A stretch of 64,000 nt of DNA, from contig CAPYID010000001.1 of the NCBI GenBank assembly GCA_948739805.1, positions 65,856 to 129,855 of the forward strand, in the 5' to 3' direction. This DNA comes from an uncultured Clostridia bacterium (lineage in GTDB: Bacteria; Bacillota; Clostridia; TANB77; CAG-508). A program made the translations under genes and the position numbers. The notes beneath the pieces are model-generated. The model was given only the letters and a program-made list of their open reading frames with translations. It was not told the origin of the DNA and did no database searches. Shown piece after piece: positions 19,536 through 29,158 of this stretch. Numbering within the stretch: the stretch's first letter is position 1; each line of letters begins with the position of its first letter.

Positions 19536-20258
19536 ATGAAAAGAATCTTATTTATTTCTTTTGTTATAATGCTAGTAAGTATTTTGCTTATTAGCATTAT
19601 CTTTATTTATAAAGATAAAAAAGAAGATTATGAACAAGAGAAAATATTTGAAGAAATAACAGACATTGTAAATCAAAGTGAAGAAAGAGAAGAAAATACA
19701 ATAAATATAGAAGAACTATATAAAATCAATAATGATATAGTAGGTTGGATTCAAATAGATAATACCAATATCAATTACCCAGTAATGCAAACAAAAGATA
19801 GCCCCAATTATTATTTAAAAAGAAACTTTTATAAAAAATATTCAAGTTTAGGAACACCATATATGGCAGAAAATTGTAATATAGAAACTAGCGATAACTT
19901 AATTATATATGGTCATCACATAAAAGGAAAAAGAGTATTTGGAGAACTAGAAAACTATAAATCAAAAGAATATTACAATAGTCATAAAAATATAAGATTT
20001 TATACCATGCAAGAAAAAGCAGAATACGAAATAATTGCAGTATTTAAAACTATTGCATACACAGGTTTTAGATATTATGAATTTTATAATGCAAAAGATG
20101 AAAGAGAGTTCGATACATTTATAAGTAATTGTAAAGAACTCTCTTTTTATGATACAGAGAAAATAGCAATATATGGCGATAAATTAATTACATTATCAAC
20201 TTGTGAATATTCAAACAAAGATGGAAGATTAGTAGTTGTAGCAAGAAAAATTATATAG
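19536..20258 (+). CDS. class B sortase
   Basis: N-terminal TM anchor, catalytic His (IIYGHH), Cys (LITLSTCEY) and Arg (GRLVVVARKI), in canonical SrtB order. Confidence 0.7.
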   Translation: MKRILFISFVIMLVSILLISIIFIYKDKKEDYEQEKIFEEITDIVNQSEEREENTINIEELYKINNDIVGWIQIDNTNINYPVMQTKDSPNYYLKRNFYKKYSSLGTPYMAENCNIETSDNLIIYGHHIKGKRVFGELENYKSKEYYNSHKNIRFYTMQEKAEYEIIAVFKTIAYTGFRYYEFYNAKDEREFDTFISNCKELSFYDTEKIAIYGDKLITLSTCEYSNKDGRLVVVARKII

Positions 20259-20269
20259 GGGGTGGAAAT

Positions 20270-21364
20270 TTGCAAGATATAAAAATAAGAGAAAAGCAAG
20301 AGAGTAAAACACCAATAAAAATAGTAGATAGAAAATCAATATATAAGGAAAAATTAAAAGAAAACTTTTATAATACAAAGCAAAAATTAAACTACAACAC
20401 AAAAGAAGATGCAGAAAATAGTCCTAACGAATATGGAATAGACAAGATAGAAGAAAAAACAAAAATAGCTTTTAATAAAGGTATAAATAATTTTAATAGA
20501 TATGGCAAAAAATCAGTAAAAACAACAAAACAAAATATACAAAAAGCTAATCAAAAGATAAAACAAAAGATAGAAAAGAACACAATAAAAACTGCAAATC
20601 TAACTGTAAAGAATACAATAAAAAGTACCAATAAAACAATAAAAACGGCAAGACAGACTGGAAAAGTAGCATATAAAACAACAAAACAAACTGCAAAAGC
20701 TACAGTAAAAACTACAAAGAAAGCATATCAAATAACAAAGACAACAACAAAAGCAACTATAAAAGGAATAAAAGTAGGAGTAAAAACAACTACTAAAGCA
20801 ATAAAAGCAACAGTTACGGCAACAAAAGCTCTAGTTTCAGCAATTTTAGCAGGTGGATCAATAGCAGTTGTTATACTTTTAATAATTTGTATAATTGGAA
20901 TGGCTTGTGCAATGTTTATTGGAGATGATACTGGTGCAGGTAATAGAATTGTTACAATTGCTTTAAAAGAAGTTGGAAATGTTGGAGGGGAAAAATATTG
21001 GTCTTGGTATGGCTTTAGCTTTCACGTAGAATGGTGTGCTTGTTTTGTATCGTGGTGTGCAAACGAATGTGGTTATATAGAAAGTGGGACTATACCTAAA
21101 TTTGCCAGTTGCAAAAATGAAGGAGTGCCATATTTTAAAGAAAATGGCTTATGGCAAGAGAGAGGATATGTTGCAAAACCTGGAGATATTATATTTTTTG
21201 ACTGGGAACAAGACGGACTTGCAGACCACGTAGGTATTGTGCAAAAAACAGAGAATGATACAGTTTATACAATAGAGGGTAATTCTAGTGGAGATACTTG
21301 CAGACAGAAAGAATATAATATTAATAGTAATGTCATTTATGGTTATGGAACACCAATGTATTAA
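20270..21364 (+). CDS. CHAP-domain peptidoglycan hydrolase of conjugation apparatus (Tn916 Orf14/PrgK/TcpG analogue)
   Basis: TTG start after GGGGGTGG. K/T-rich repetitive region, then a TM helix, then a C-terminal CHAP domain (Cys in WCACFVSWC, His in ADHVGIV). Confidence 0.8.
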   Translation: MQDIKIREKQESKTPIKIVDRKSIYKEKLKENFYNTKQKLNYNTKEDAENSPNEYGIDKIEEKTKIAFNKGINNFNRYGKKSVKTTKQNIQKANQKIKQKIEKNTIKTANLTVKNTIKSTNKTIKTARQTGKVAYKTTKQTAKATVKTTKKAYQITKTTTKATIKGIKVGVKTTTKAIKATVTATKALVSAILAGGSIAVVILLIICIIGMACAMFIGDDTGAGNRIVTIALKEVGNVGGEKYWSWYGFSFHVEWCACFVSWCANECGYIESGTIPKFASCKNEGVPYFKENGLWQERGYVAKPGDIIFFDWEQDGLADHVGIVQKTENDTVYTIEGNSSGDTCRQKEYNINSNVIYGYGTPMY

Positions 21365-21394
21365 AAACTGAAGGAAATATAATTAAAAAAATAA

Positions 21395-21432
21395 AAGGTA
21401 TGTGGAAAAATAGTCCTACATACCTTTTATTT
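21395..21432 (+). terminator. rho-independent terminator after transfer operon
   Basis: aggtatgtgg-aaaaata-gtcctacatacct stem-loop followed by TTTTATTTTTTTT. Confidence 0.5.
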
Positions 21433-21477
21433 TTTTTGAAACTATGCTATAATGACGGAAAAATAGGAAGTGATTTT

Positions 21478-21741
21478 ATGCAGAAGGACTTAAAACAATT
21501 TATTATAGAATTGATAAGTAAAAAGGAAGAAGAAAATGAAGAATTTGTAAAATATACTTTTTATGAACTAAGAGTAAAGTACAATTTAAATGAACAAGAA
21601 GTTAATCAAGTTCTAACAATAAGTAAAGATTATTTTCAAAATAAAGGTTATAAAGTGTATTTTACAGGAGAAACATTTGAATATCAAAATGCTAATAGAA
21701 TGGTACAAGATAATGAATTGATGATTGCAATAAGGAAATAG
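21478..21741 (+). CDS. hypothetical protein (87 aa)
   Basis: ATG after AGGAAGTG. An upstream TGcTATAAT -10 shares its core with the 569/3418 repeats. Confidence 0.4.
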   Translation: MQKDLKQFIIELISKKEEENEEFVKYTFYELRVKYNLNEQEVNQVLTISKDYFQNKGYKVYFTGETFEYQNANRMVQDNELMIAIRK

Positions 21742-21776
21742 AGAAAATATAAGTTTATAGAGTGGGAGAATTAGTG

Positions 21777-22304
21777 ATGGAAGAATTAATTGATGTACTA
21801 GATGAAAATGGAAATAAAACAGGAGAAATAGTAACAAGAACTCAAATACACAAAGAGGGGTTATGGCATAAAATAGTAGTAATTGCTATTATTGACAAAG
21901 ATGGACGTTTATTAATGCAACAAAGAGCAAAAGACAAAGCCAAGAATCCTCTAAAATGGGATGTTTCTTCAGCAGGACACGTATCAAGTAGTCAAACATC
22001 TATTGAATCAGCTATAAGAGAAACGCAAGAAGAACTTGGCATAGAAGTAAATGAAAAAGAATTACAATATATACTTACATACAAAGATAATGTTAAAATA
22101 GACGAAAATTATATTGATAATCAGATTTACGACTGTTATATTGTAAAAAAAGAAAAAATAGATATAAAGAATATAAAAATACAAGAAAGTGAATTAGAGC
22201 AAGTAAAATTATGTGATTTACAACAATTTAAAAATATTATTGAAAATGAAGATGTAATGAACAGAGAAGAATTATACAAAGAAATTATAAAATACTTAAA
22301 ATAG
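21777..22304 (+). CDS. NUDIX hydrolase
   Basis: Nudix box GHVSSSQTSIESAIRETQEELGIEV (Gx5Ex7REUxEExGU). Confidence 0.8.
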   Translation: MEELIDVLDENGNKTGEIVTRTQIHKEGLWHKIVVIAIIDKDGRLLMQQRAKDKAKNPLKWDVSSAGHVSSSQTSIESAIRETQEELGIEVNEKELQYILTYKDNVKIDENYIDNQIYDCYIVKKEKIDIKNIKIQESELEQVKLCDLQQFKNIIENEDVMNREELYKEIIKYLK

Positions 22305-22328
22305 AGTGAGAACGAAAGGAAAGCAAAT

Positions 22329-23021
22329 ATGCGAATAGGAATTGATATAGATGATACAATGGCAGACACTTTTGATTATCTAATGCCATATATAGCAGAA
22401 TTTTTTAAAATAGATATAAATTATTTGAAAGATAATAACATTTCATATAGTAATCTTCCAAAAGAAATGAAAGAAAAAGAATTTGAGTTTGCAAAAAAAT
22501 ATTATGATAATGTTATTCCAAAAACACCATTTAAACCTAAAGTTGGAGAATATATTGATAAAATTAAAAATTTAGGAAATGAAATTATAATTATTACAGC
22601 TAGAGATAAGAGATTATATACAGATGAATATAAAACTACTATTGAAGAATTAAAAGATAATAATATTAATTATGATAAAATAATTTGTGATTTCGATAAA
22701 GCGAAAGTTTGTAAGAATGAAAAAATAGATTTATTTATTGATGACTCTATTGAAAATTGTAGTAAGGTTGATAAATTAGGAATTACAACATTATTATTTA
22801 ACAGCAAAAACAATATAAGAGTTGAAACAAAATTAACTAGAGTTAATAGTTGGAAAGAAATATATGAGAAAATGATTAAGAAACAGATGATTGATTATAG
22901 AGAGATAAAAGAGGAAGAAAAACAACAAGTAAAAGAATTACAAGAGAAGTATTATGATTATTTTGCACAATATTTGAAAGATAAAATAGATGAAGAAAGA
23001 AAAAGTAAAGGGGAATATTAA
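22329..23021 (+). CDS. HAD-superfamily 5'(3')-deoxyribonucleotidase-like (NT5C family) with K/E-rich C-terminal extension
   Basis: N-terminal DxDxT motif IGIDIDDTMADTF as in NT5C nucleotidases. Downstream HAD motifs (ITAR, DD). Confidence 0.55.
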   Translation: MRIGIDIDDTMADTFDYLMPYIAEFFKIDINYLKDNNISYSNLPKEMKEKEFEFAKKYYDNVIPKTPFKPKVGEYIDKIKNLGNEIIIITARDKRLYTDEYKTTIEELKDNNINYDKIICDFDKAKVCKNEKIDLFIDDSIENCSKVDKLGITTLLFNSKNNIRVETKLTRVNSWKEIYEKMIKKQMIDYREIKEEEKQQVKELQEKYYDYFAQYLKDKIDEERKSKGEY

Positions 23022-23023
23022 CT

Positions 23024-23881
23024 ATGAATATATTGAATAATTGGTTGTTATATGTACTATTATATTTAGTTTTAGCAACGGCATTTACACAATTTTATAA
23101 AATTGCAACAAAAACATTAAAGAGAACAGGAGCATTGACAGTATTACTACAAATGTTGGCAGGATTAACTGCATTAATTTTATGTCCATTTTTTGAATTT
23201 AAGTTTCCAACAGAGATAAGTTTCTATATTATGTTAGGAATAGCAATAATATTTTACGCTATATCAGATAGAATTAATACAACCGTAAGGAGTGGAATAG
23301 AAGCATCAACATTTAGTATGCTAAAACAATTATCAACAACATTTATGATATTTGCAGGATTAATATTTTTTAAAGAAGAATTTATACTAACAAAATTTAT
23401 AGGTGCAATGCTTATTATATTTAGCAATGTATTAATATTTTATAAAAAAGGAAAATTTGAATTTAATAAATATATTTTGTTAGGTATATTAGCTAATATA
23501 ACCTATACGATTGCTTTGTTTTTAGATGTAAATATATCAGATAACTTTAATCTACCATTCTATGTGGCATTAACATTAATTATACCAGCACTATTAATAA
23601 TGATTTTTGAAAGAATAAAACCATCAGAAATAAAAGATGAATTAGTAGGTGGAAATAAAAAAGCAATTTTTATAACTGCTATATCTTGGGGAGTAATGAT
23701 AATATCACAATTAAGAGCATATCAATTAGGAAATGTAACTGTAATTGCACCATTATGTGCATTAACAGTAATATTAAATGTAATTGTTGGTTATTTGTTT
23801 TTAAATGAAAAAGATAACTTGTTGAAAAAAATAATATCTGCAATTTTGATAATTATAAGTATTATTTTAATAAAAATATAA
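23024..23881 (+). CDS. EamA/DMT-family transporter
   Basis: 285 aa, ~10 predicted TM helices in two repeated halves. Confidence 0.5.
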   Translation: MNILNNWLLYVLLYLVLATAFTQFYKIATKTLKRTGALTVLLQMLAGLTALILCPFFEFKFPTEISFYIMLGIAIIFYAISDRINTTVRSGIEASTFSMLKQLSTTFMIFAGLIFFKEEFILTKFIGAMLIIFSNVLIFYKKGKFEFNKYILLGILANITYTIALFLDVNISDNFNLPFYVALTLIIPALLIMIFERIKPSEIKDELVGGNKKAIFITAISWGVMIISQLRAYQLGNVTVIAPLCALTVILNVIVGYLFLNEKDNLLKKIISAILIIISIILIKI

Positions 23882-23902
23882 GTTTTGGAGGAAATTTTTA
23901 AA

Positions 23903-24313
23903 ATGAAAATACTAATAATATGTAGTAAGGCTTTTTATAAAGATATAGAACCAATAAAAGAAAGATTAGAGGAGATGGGGCAAATAGTAGAATTACCCAA
24001 TTCGTATTATGAGCCAGACGCTGAAAAGAAAAGTTGGGAATTAGGAGAAAAAGAACACGCAGAATTTAAGGCAAGAATGTTTAAAATGAGTGAAGAAAGA
24101 ATATCTAATATGGACGCAGTATTAACATTGAATTTTGATAAAAATGGAAAGAAGAATTATATAGGTGGAGCAACTTTTATTGAAATATATGAGGCGTTTA
24201 TGAAAAACAAGAAAATATTTTTATATAATGATATTCCAGACGGAATGCTATATGACGAAATAGCAGGTTTTTCTCCAATAGTAATAAACGGAAAATTGGA
24301 TTTAGTAATCTAG
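23903..24313 (+). CDS. nucleoside 2-deoxyribosyltransferase / DNPH1(Rcl)-like protein (putative)
   Basis: GGAGG RBS then ATG 23903. ILIICSKAF... and ...NYIGGATFIEIYEAFMKNKKIFLY resemble the NDT/DNPH1 fold motifs (YFCGSIRGG / SLGVGYELG). Confidence 0.35.
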   Translation: MKILIICSKAFYKDIEPIKERLEEMGQIVELPNSYYEPDAEKKSWELGEKEHAEFKARMFKMSEERISNMDAVLTLNFDKNGKKNYIGGATFIEIYEAFMKNKKIFLYNDIPDGMLYDEIAGFSPIVINGKLDLVI

Positions 24314-24415
24314 TGATAATGATTTGAAAAATAGAAAAAGATTATATACAGAAGAATCACAAAAATATTTTTGTACCAGATGATTTAGATATAATAGAAT
24401 TATAGAGGGAATGAA

Positions 24416-25027
24416 ATGAAGTTTAAAGAATATAGGCAAATGGCAGATTTGTTATATAATGAATGGGATTTAGGAAAGAAACAATCTCAGGCTAAAGGAA
24501 AGACTTGTGCTTGGATTTATCTATTTCAAATATTGGAAGAAACAGAAGAATTACTTGTTGAAAAAGAACAAGAAAAAGTAATTGGTATATGTGGTTATGC
24601 TAAATGGAATTCGAACAATCATTTATTAAGAAAAAAATTTTATACAGTTTTAAAAAATGTATTAATACATAGTCCGTTAATAAAAAATAAAAATGCAATA
24701 TATAAATATAATGAAGATTATGACTATACTCCAGAAGAATTAAAAAACTACTTTGATGGAGAAATATCAATTTTAATAGTTGATAAAGATTATAGAGGTA
24801 AAGGCATTGGAAGAAAGTTAATACTTGAATGCTTTGAATTAGCCCAAAATGATAATATGAATAATTTGCAAATTCTAACAGATGAATCTTGTGATTTTAA
24901 ATTTTATGAAATGGTTGGTTGCAAAAAAGTTTATCAAAAAGTAATTCAATATGGAGAGCCAGATAAATGCAAAAATATTTGTTCAGAAGAGGGATATATA
25001 TATGAGAAGAAATTAGTTGAAAAATAG
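24416..25027 (+). CDS. GNAT-family acetyltransferase
   Basis: ILIVDKDYRGKGIGRKLI acetyl-CoA motif A. Confidence 0.65.
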   Translation: MKFKEYRQMADLLYNEWDLGKKQSQAKGKTCAWIYLFQILEETEELLVEKEQEKVIGICGYAKWNSNNHLLRKKFYTVLKNVLIHSPLIKNKNAIYKYNEDYDYTPEELKNYFDGEISILIVDKDYRGKGIGRKLILECFELAQNDNMNNLQILTDESCDFKFYEMVGCKKVYQKVIQYGEPDKCKNICSEEGYIYEKKLVEK

Positions 25028-25053
25028 AATGTTTAATATATGGAGGAAAAAGT

Positions 25054-25605
25054 ATGAAAAATTATTTTATAATACATGGAAGTTTTGGAAGTCCATTTGG
25101 AAATTGGTTTAGTTGGTTACAAGATTTTATATCATCAGATGGAAAACAAGTATATGTACCACAATTTCCAATAGGAGTGGGTTATCAAAATTATGAAAAT
25201 TGGAGTAAATTGCTAAAATACTATTTAGATATAGGATTAATCAATGAAAATACAACAATAATAGCACATAGTATAGCACCAGCATTTGTTAGCAAATTCT
25301 TAGTAGAAAATAAATTAAAAGTGAAAAAATTAATATATGTGTGTGGATTTAATAACTATTTAGGAATAAATGAAGAATATGACACTGTAAATAAAACAAT
25401 GTATTTTAATAATTTAGAAGATGTAAAACAATATGCTAATGAAATTATTTGTTTTTATTCAGATAATGATCCATATGTAAAATATGAAGTGGAAAAAGAT
25501 TTTGCAGATAAAATTGCAACAGAGCAAATTTTAATACCAAATGCAGGACACATAAATAGTGAAAGTGGATATGACACATTTGAAGATATAGTAAGTTATA
25601 TTTAG
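25054..25605 (+). CDS. alpha/beta serine hydrolase (YdeN/RBBP9-like)
   Basis: IIHGSFGSP...W, nucleophile elbow AHSIA, and NAGHIN near the C-terminus. Confidence 0.55.
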   Translation: MKNYFIIHGSFGSPFGNWFSWLQDFISSDGKQVYVPQFPIGVGYQNYENWSKLLKYYLDIGLINENTTIIAHSIAPAFVSKFLVENKLKVKKLIYVCGFNNYLGINEEYDTVNKTMYFNNLEDVKQYANEIICFYSDNDPYVKYEVEKDFADKIATEQILIPNAGHINSESGYDTFEDIVSYI

Positions 25606-25660
25606 AGGTAAAGAAATGAAGAATAGAAAATTTTATATGTAGTAAAGGAAAAAAATATAT

Positions 25661-26299
25661 ATGGATAATGATTATATAGAAATGTGGGATAACTGGTCTT
25701 TAAAAAGAGAAGGAAAACCAGTTTATGATTTGTGGTTAGATGAATATAAGAGTGTTTTAGAAAAAAATAAAGATAACGAAATATTGGATTTAGGCTCAGG
25801 AATTGGTGCTAACACTCTCTATTTAATTGAAAGGGGTTATAAAGTTTTATCTTGTGATTTCTCAAATAATGCTTTAAAAAATATAGAAAAATATATATCT
25901 AATACTAAGACAAAATGTTTTAATATGATGAACAATTTTCCACTAGAAGATAATTCATATAACCTAATTATTGCAGATTTATCTCTTCATTACTTTAATA
26001 ATGAAACCACAATACATATAATGAAAGAAATAAAAAGGATATTGAACAAAGATGGAATTTTACTTGCAAGAGTTGCTTCTATAAATGATGTAAACTTTGG
26101 TGCTATTGGTGGAAAAGAATTAGAAAAAAATTATTACTTTGTTGAAGGTTATAATAAAAGATTTTTTGATATAAATGACATTAATAAATATTTTGGAATA
26201 ATTGGAAAATTAGAAGCAAAAGAAACATCAATGACAAGAAAAGAAGAGGCATATTCAAAACCTAAAATTTTGTATCAAGTAATAGTAAGAAATATATAG
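25661..26299 (+). CDS. class I SAM-dependent methyltransferase
   Basis: Motif I ILDLGSGIGANTLYL, acidic loop VLSCDFS, motif post-I/II. Confidence 0.75.
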   Translation: MDNDYIEMWDNWSLKREGKPVYDLWLDEYKSVLEKNKDNEILDLGSGIGANTLYLIERGYKVLSCDFSNNALKNIEKYISNTKTKCFNMMNNFPLEDNSYNLIIADLSLHYFNNETTIHIMKEIKRILNKDGILLARVASINDVNFGAIGGKELEKNYYFVEGYNKRFFDINDINKYFGIIGKLEAKETSMTRKEEAYSKPKILYQVIVRNI

Positions 26300-26357
26300 T
26301 TCTTTCAAGAATTGTAACAAAAGTCCACAGAGTAATATGTACAATAGTACTGGAGGT

Positions 26358-26994
26358 ATAATGAAAATGATAGATGAATATTATAAGAATTTTAAAGTAA
26401 GAGATTATATGAATGAAGAATCTTTAAAAAGTTGTTTATCTACAAATATAATTGATTGTTCATTAGGAACAAATCCTTTTATAGAAGAAAGTATGATAAA
26501 GCAATATATTTTAGAAGCTAGTTCGGAAATTAATAAATATCCTTCTTTAGAATATGAATTATTGAAAGAAGAATTACTTAAGTTTTGGAAAGAATATTTT
26601 TATAACAATATAAATAAGAATAATATAGCTTTTGGTGCAGGAACAATGGGAATACTAAGAAATATTTGCCAATTTTTGATTCAAGAAGGAACAAAAGTAT
26701 TAGGAATAGCGCCACAATTTCCAAGATTTATATCAGAGATAGAATTGAAAAAAGGAATATATGAATATTATAGCCTAGAAGAGAAGAATAACTATAAATT
26801 CATAGCTACAGATTTTATTGAGAAAATTGACAGTACTTATAGTTTAATATCAATAGAAAATCCTAATAATCCTACTGGACAAATAATCGATGTTAACGAT
26901 ATTGAAAAAGCCGTTAGAAAAGCAAAACAATATAATATTATGGTTATAGTAGATGAAGCATATGGCGATTATATGTCATCTACATCTTCTTATG
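26358..26994 (+). pseudogene. hisC-like class I/II aminotransferase, 5' portion (gene interrupted by mobile element at 26995)
   Basis: IDCSLGTNPF, ENPNNPTG and IVDEAYGDY motifs. Reading frame then runs into element sequence and stops (..FSKFRL*). Confidence 0.65.
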
Positions 26995-27068
26995 ACAAAA
27001 ATAAGAAAATATTGATATTTAGTAAGTTTCGCCTATAGTTTATAAATAAAAATTGGAGGTAAAAGATT

Positions 27069-27461
27069 ATGAAAAATGAAGAATTAAAGAAAGAATTTAC
27101 AGATGAAAAGACTGGAATAAGTTATACTTTAGTTGGTGACTATTATTTGCCCAACTTATATTTAGAAACAGAAGAAAAAATCACACTTAACAAATACGGA
27201 TTATTAAGGCTAGATTATTTGAAAAAGCACAAAGAAGCTGATTATATAATAATGTTTATGAATAAAGAACTCAATAAGCATTTAAAAGAAGTACAAGAAA
27301 GAACACAAGCAAGAGTAAATGAATTAGTAGAACAATTAAAGGCTAAAAGTAATTTAACAGAAGATATGAAAAATACTGATATGCTTTATTGGATTGGTAC
27401 AATGAACGCAATCAAAAATCAAGCTGAAGAAATTGTTTTAAAAGAACTGATTTATGTATGA
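27069..27461 (+). CDS. TnpV-family transposon protein
   Basis: 130 aa. SYTLVGDYYLPNL..., YGLLRLDYLKKH, and WIGTMNAIKNQAEEIVLKELIY match the TnpV family pattern. Confidence 0.6.
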   Translation: MKNEELKKEFTDEKTGISYTLVGDYYLPNLYLETEEKITLNKYGLLRLDYLKKHKEADYIIMFMNKELNKHLKEVQERTQARVNELVEQLKAKSNLTEDMKNTDMLYWIGTMNAIKNQAEEIVLKELIYV

Positions 27462-27833
27462 TAACGTTACGCTATTTTCAAATATAAATGCCTTAAAAAG
27501 CATTTTAAGACTTAATTGAATAAGAACATATTAACTACTTGTAGTTTTATAACTATGAGTAGTTTTTTATGTTCAAAAGAGAAATGAAACACCTCTTAAA
27601 AAATGTTTGATGTAATGAGAATATAGATTTGCCATAGAGCGTGGAAGTTTGAAACCGAGCAAGGTTTCATAGAGTAAGGAAAATTTATTTTTTCTTACTC
27701 TTTTTCAATAAATGCAGATATGCAGTTTATTGAAAGCCTAACAAATAGACTTGTCATTTGTTAGGAAAAATCAAAAATGCTAATAGCAATTTTGATTTTG
27801 GGTTGTAGGGTTTCCCTGCCACACAGATAAACT

Positions 27834-27863
27834 TTGTTTGTCTAGTGTGTTAGACAAGTAAAC
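27834..27863 (+). promoter_or_regulatory. oriT of MobV relaxase (pMV158-type, hairpin with TAGTGTG/TTA nick motif)
   Basis: ttgtctaGTGTGttagacaa hairpin ~35 nt upstream of the mob start, with GTGTG/TTA in the loop. Further IRs upstream (cctaacaaat...atttgttagg). Confidence 0.5.
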
Positions 27864-27895
27864 TTATTTTGAGCAAGAAAGGAGCGTTGGAGAAT

Positions 27896-29110
27896 ATGAG
27901 TTACGCTATCGTAAGAAATAAAAAATTAACACGAGCAGAAATAAATGGAAAAGGCACTCATAATGATAGAAAAGCAAAAAATCATTCTAATAAAGATATT
28001 GATCCTACTAGAACACATTTGAATTATTATATTAAGAAAAATGAGTTCACATATACAAAAGAATTTGATAAATATATAAAAGAAAATAATTTACAAGGTC
28101 ATCTTCGTAGTAATAGCATAATAATGTGTCAAATGATATTTACTTCTGATCAATCATTCTTTGATAAAATTGGAGAAAAAGAAACTAAACGATATTTTGA
28201 TGAATGTTATAAATTCATTTGTAATTATAAAAATTTAGGAGAAAAGAATATAATATCAGCAGTAGTACATCTTGATGAAGGAGCACCACACATGCACTTG
28301 ATGTTTGTTCCTGTTGTGCATACCAAAGATAAAGACGGCAATAAAATTGATAAGATTTGTGCAAGAGATTTTTGGAAAGGTAGAGATAGTTACAGAAAGC
28401 TACAAGATGCCTATTTCAATCATGTTAAGTCAAAAGGCTTTGATTTAGAAAGAGGTATGTTTATCGAAGATACTGGAAGAAAACATTATACTATTGAAGA
28501 ATATAAGAAAATTACAAATTATGAAAATACTAAAAAAGTATTGAATGATATAAAATTGGATTTGCCAAATGTTCCAAATATAAGTGATATTGGTAAATTC
28601 ACATTAAAAAGAGATGAAAAAATATTAGATGAAATTATAAAACCTAAAGATGATTTGATTAAGGAGTTATATAGAAATAACTTATCATTGCATAAAGAAT
28701 TAACAAAACAATCTAAAATTATTGATGAAGTTCAAAAATACCAAAAAGAAAGAAATTCAATAATTGCCGATAATCAAGAACTTCATAATACAGTTAAAAA
28801 TTTAGAATATGAATATAAGGAAAAGAAGAAAACTCTTGAACACGAATTTGAAGATAAATCATTTAATTTAGAATGGCAATATAAGAATAAAATTCATAAT
28901 TTAGAAAAAGAAAATAGCCACTTGAAAAAGGTTATTGATAAATTTAAGGAAACTATCTCAAAATTCATAAAATGGATATGTAAAAATTTTGATTTACTTT
29001 CTGAAGATGAGATTATTAGAGATTTTGAAAAAGAAACTCATACTTTTATTGATGCAGAAAAACAAGTCAAAAAAGAAGATAAAGAAAAAGAATGGGATTT
29101 AGAGCGATAA
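27896..29110 (+). CDS. MobV-family (Mob/Pre) relaxase
   Basis: Starts MSYAIVR. Motif III VVHLDEGAPHMHLMFVPV (HxDExTPHxH). Coiled-coil C-terminal half. AAAGGAG RBS. Confidence 0.85.
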   Translation: MSYAIVRNKKLTRAEINGKGTHNDRKAKNHSNKDIDPTRTHLNYYIKKNEFTYTKEFDKYIKENNLQGHLRSNSIIMCQMIFTSDQSFFDKIGEKETKRYFDECYKFICNYKNLGEKNIISAVVHLDEGAPHMHLMFVPVVHTKDKDGNKIDKICARDFWKGRDSYRKLQDAYFNHVKSKGFDLERGMFIEDTGRKHYTIEEYKKITNYENTKKVLNDIKLDLPNVPNISDIGKFTLKRDEKILDEIIKPKDDLIKELYRNNLSLHKELTKQSKIIDEVQKYQKERNSIIADNQELHNTVKNLEYEYKEKKKTLEHEFEDKSFNLEWQYKNKIHNLEKENSHLKKVIDKFKETISKFIKWICKNFDLLSEDEIIRDFEKETHTFIDAEKQVKKEDKEKEWDLER

Positions 29111-29115
29111 AAATA

Positions 29116-29137
29116 GACAGGGAATGCTTCCCTGCCT
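29116..29137. terminator. bidirectional stem-loop between convergent mob and ART genes
   Basis: acagggaa-tgc-ttccctg perfect hairpin. Confidence 0.45.
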
Positions 29138-29158
29138 ATCACACAAAAAAATCAGTTG

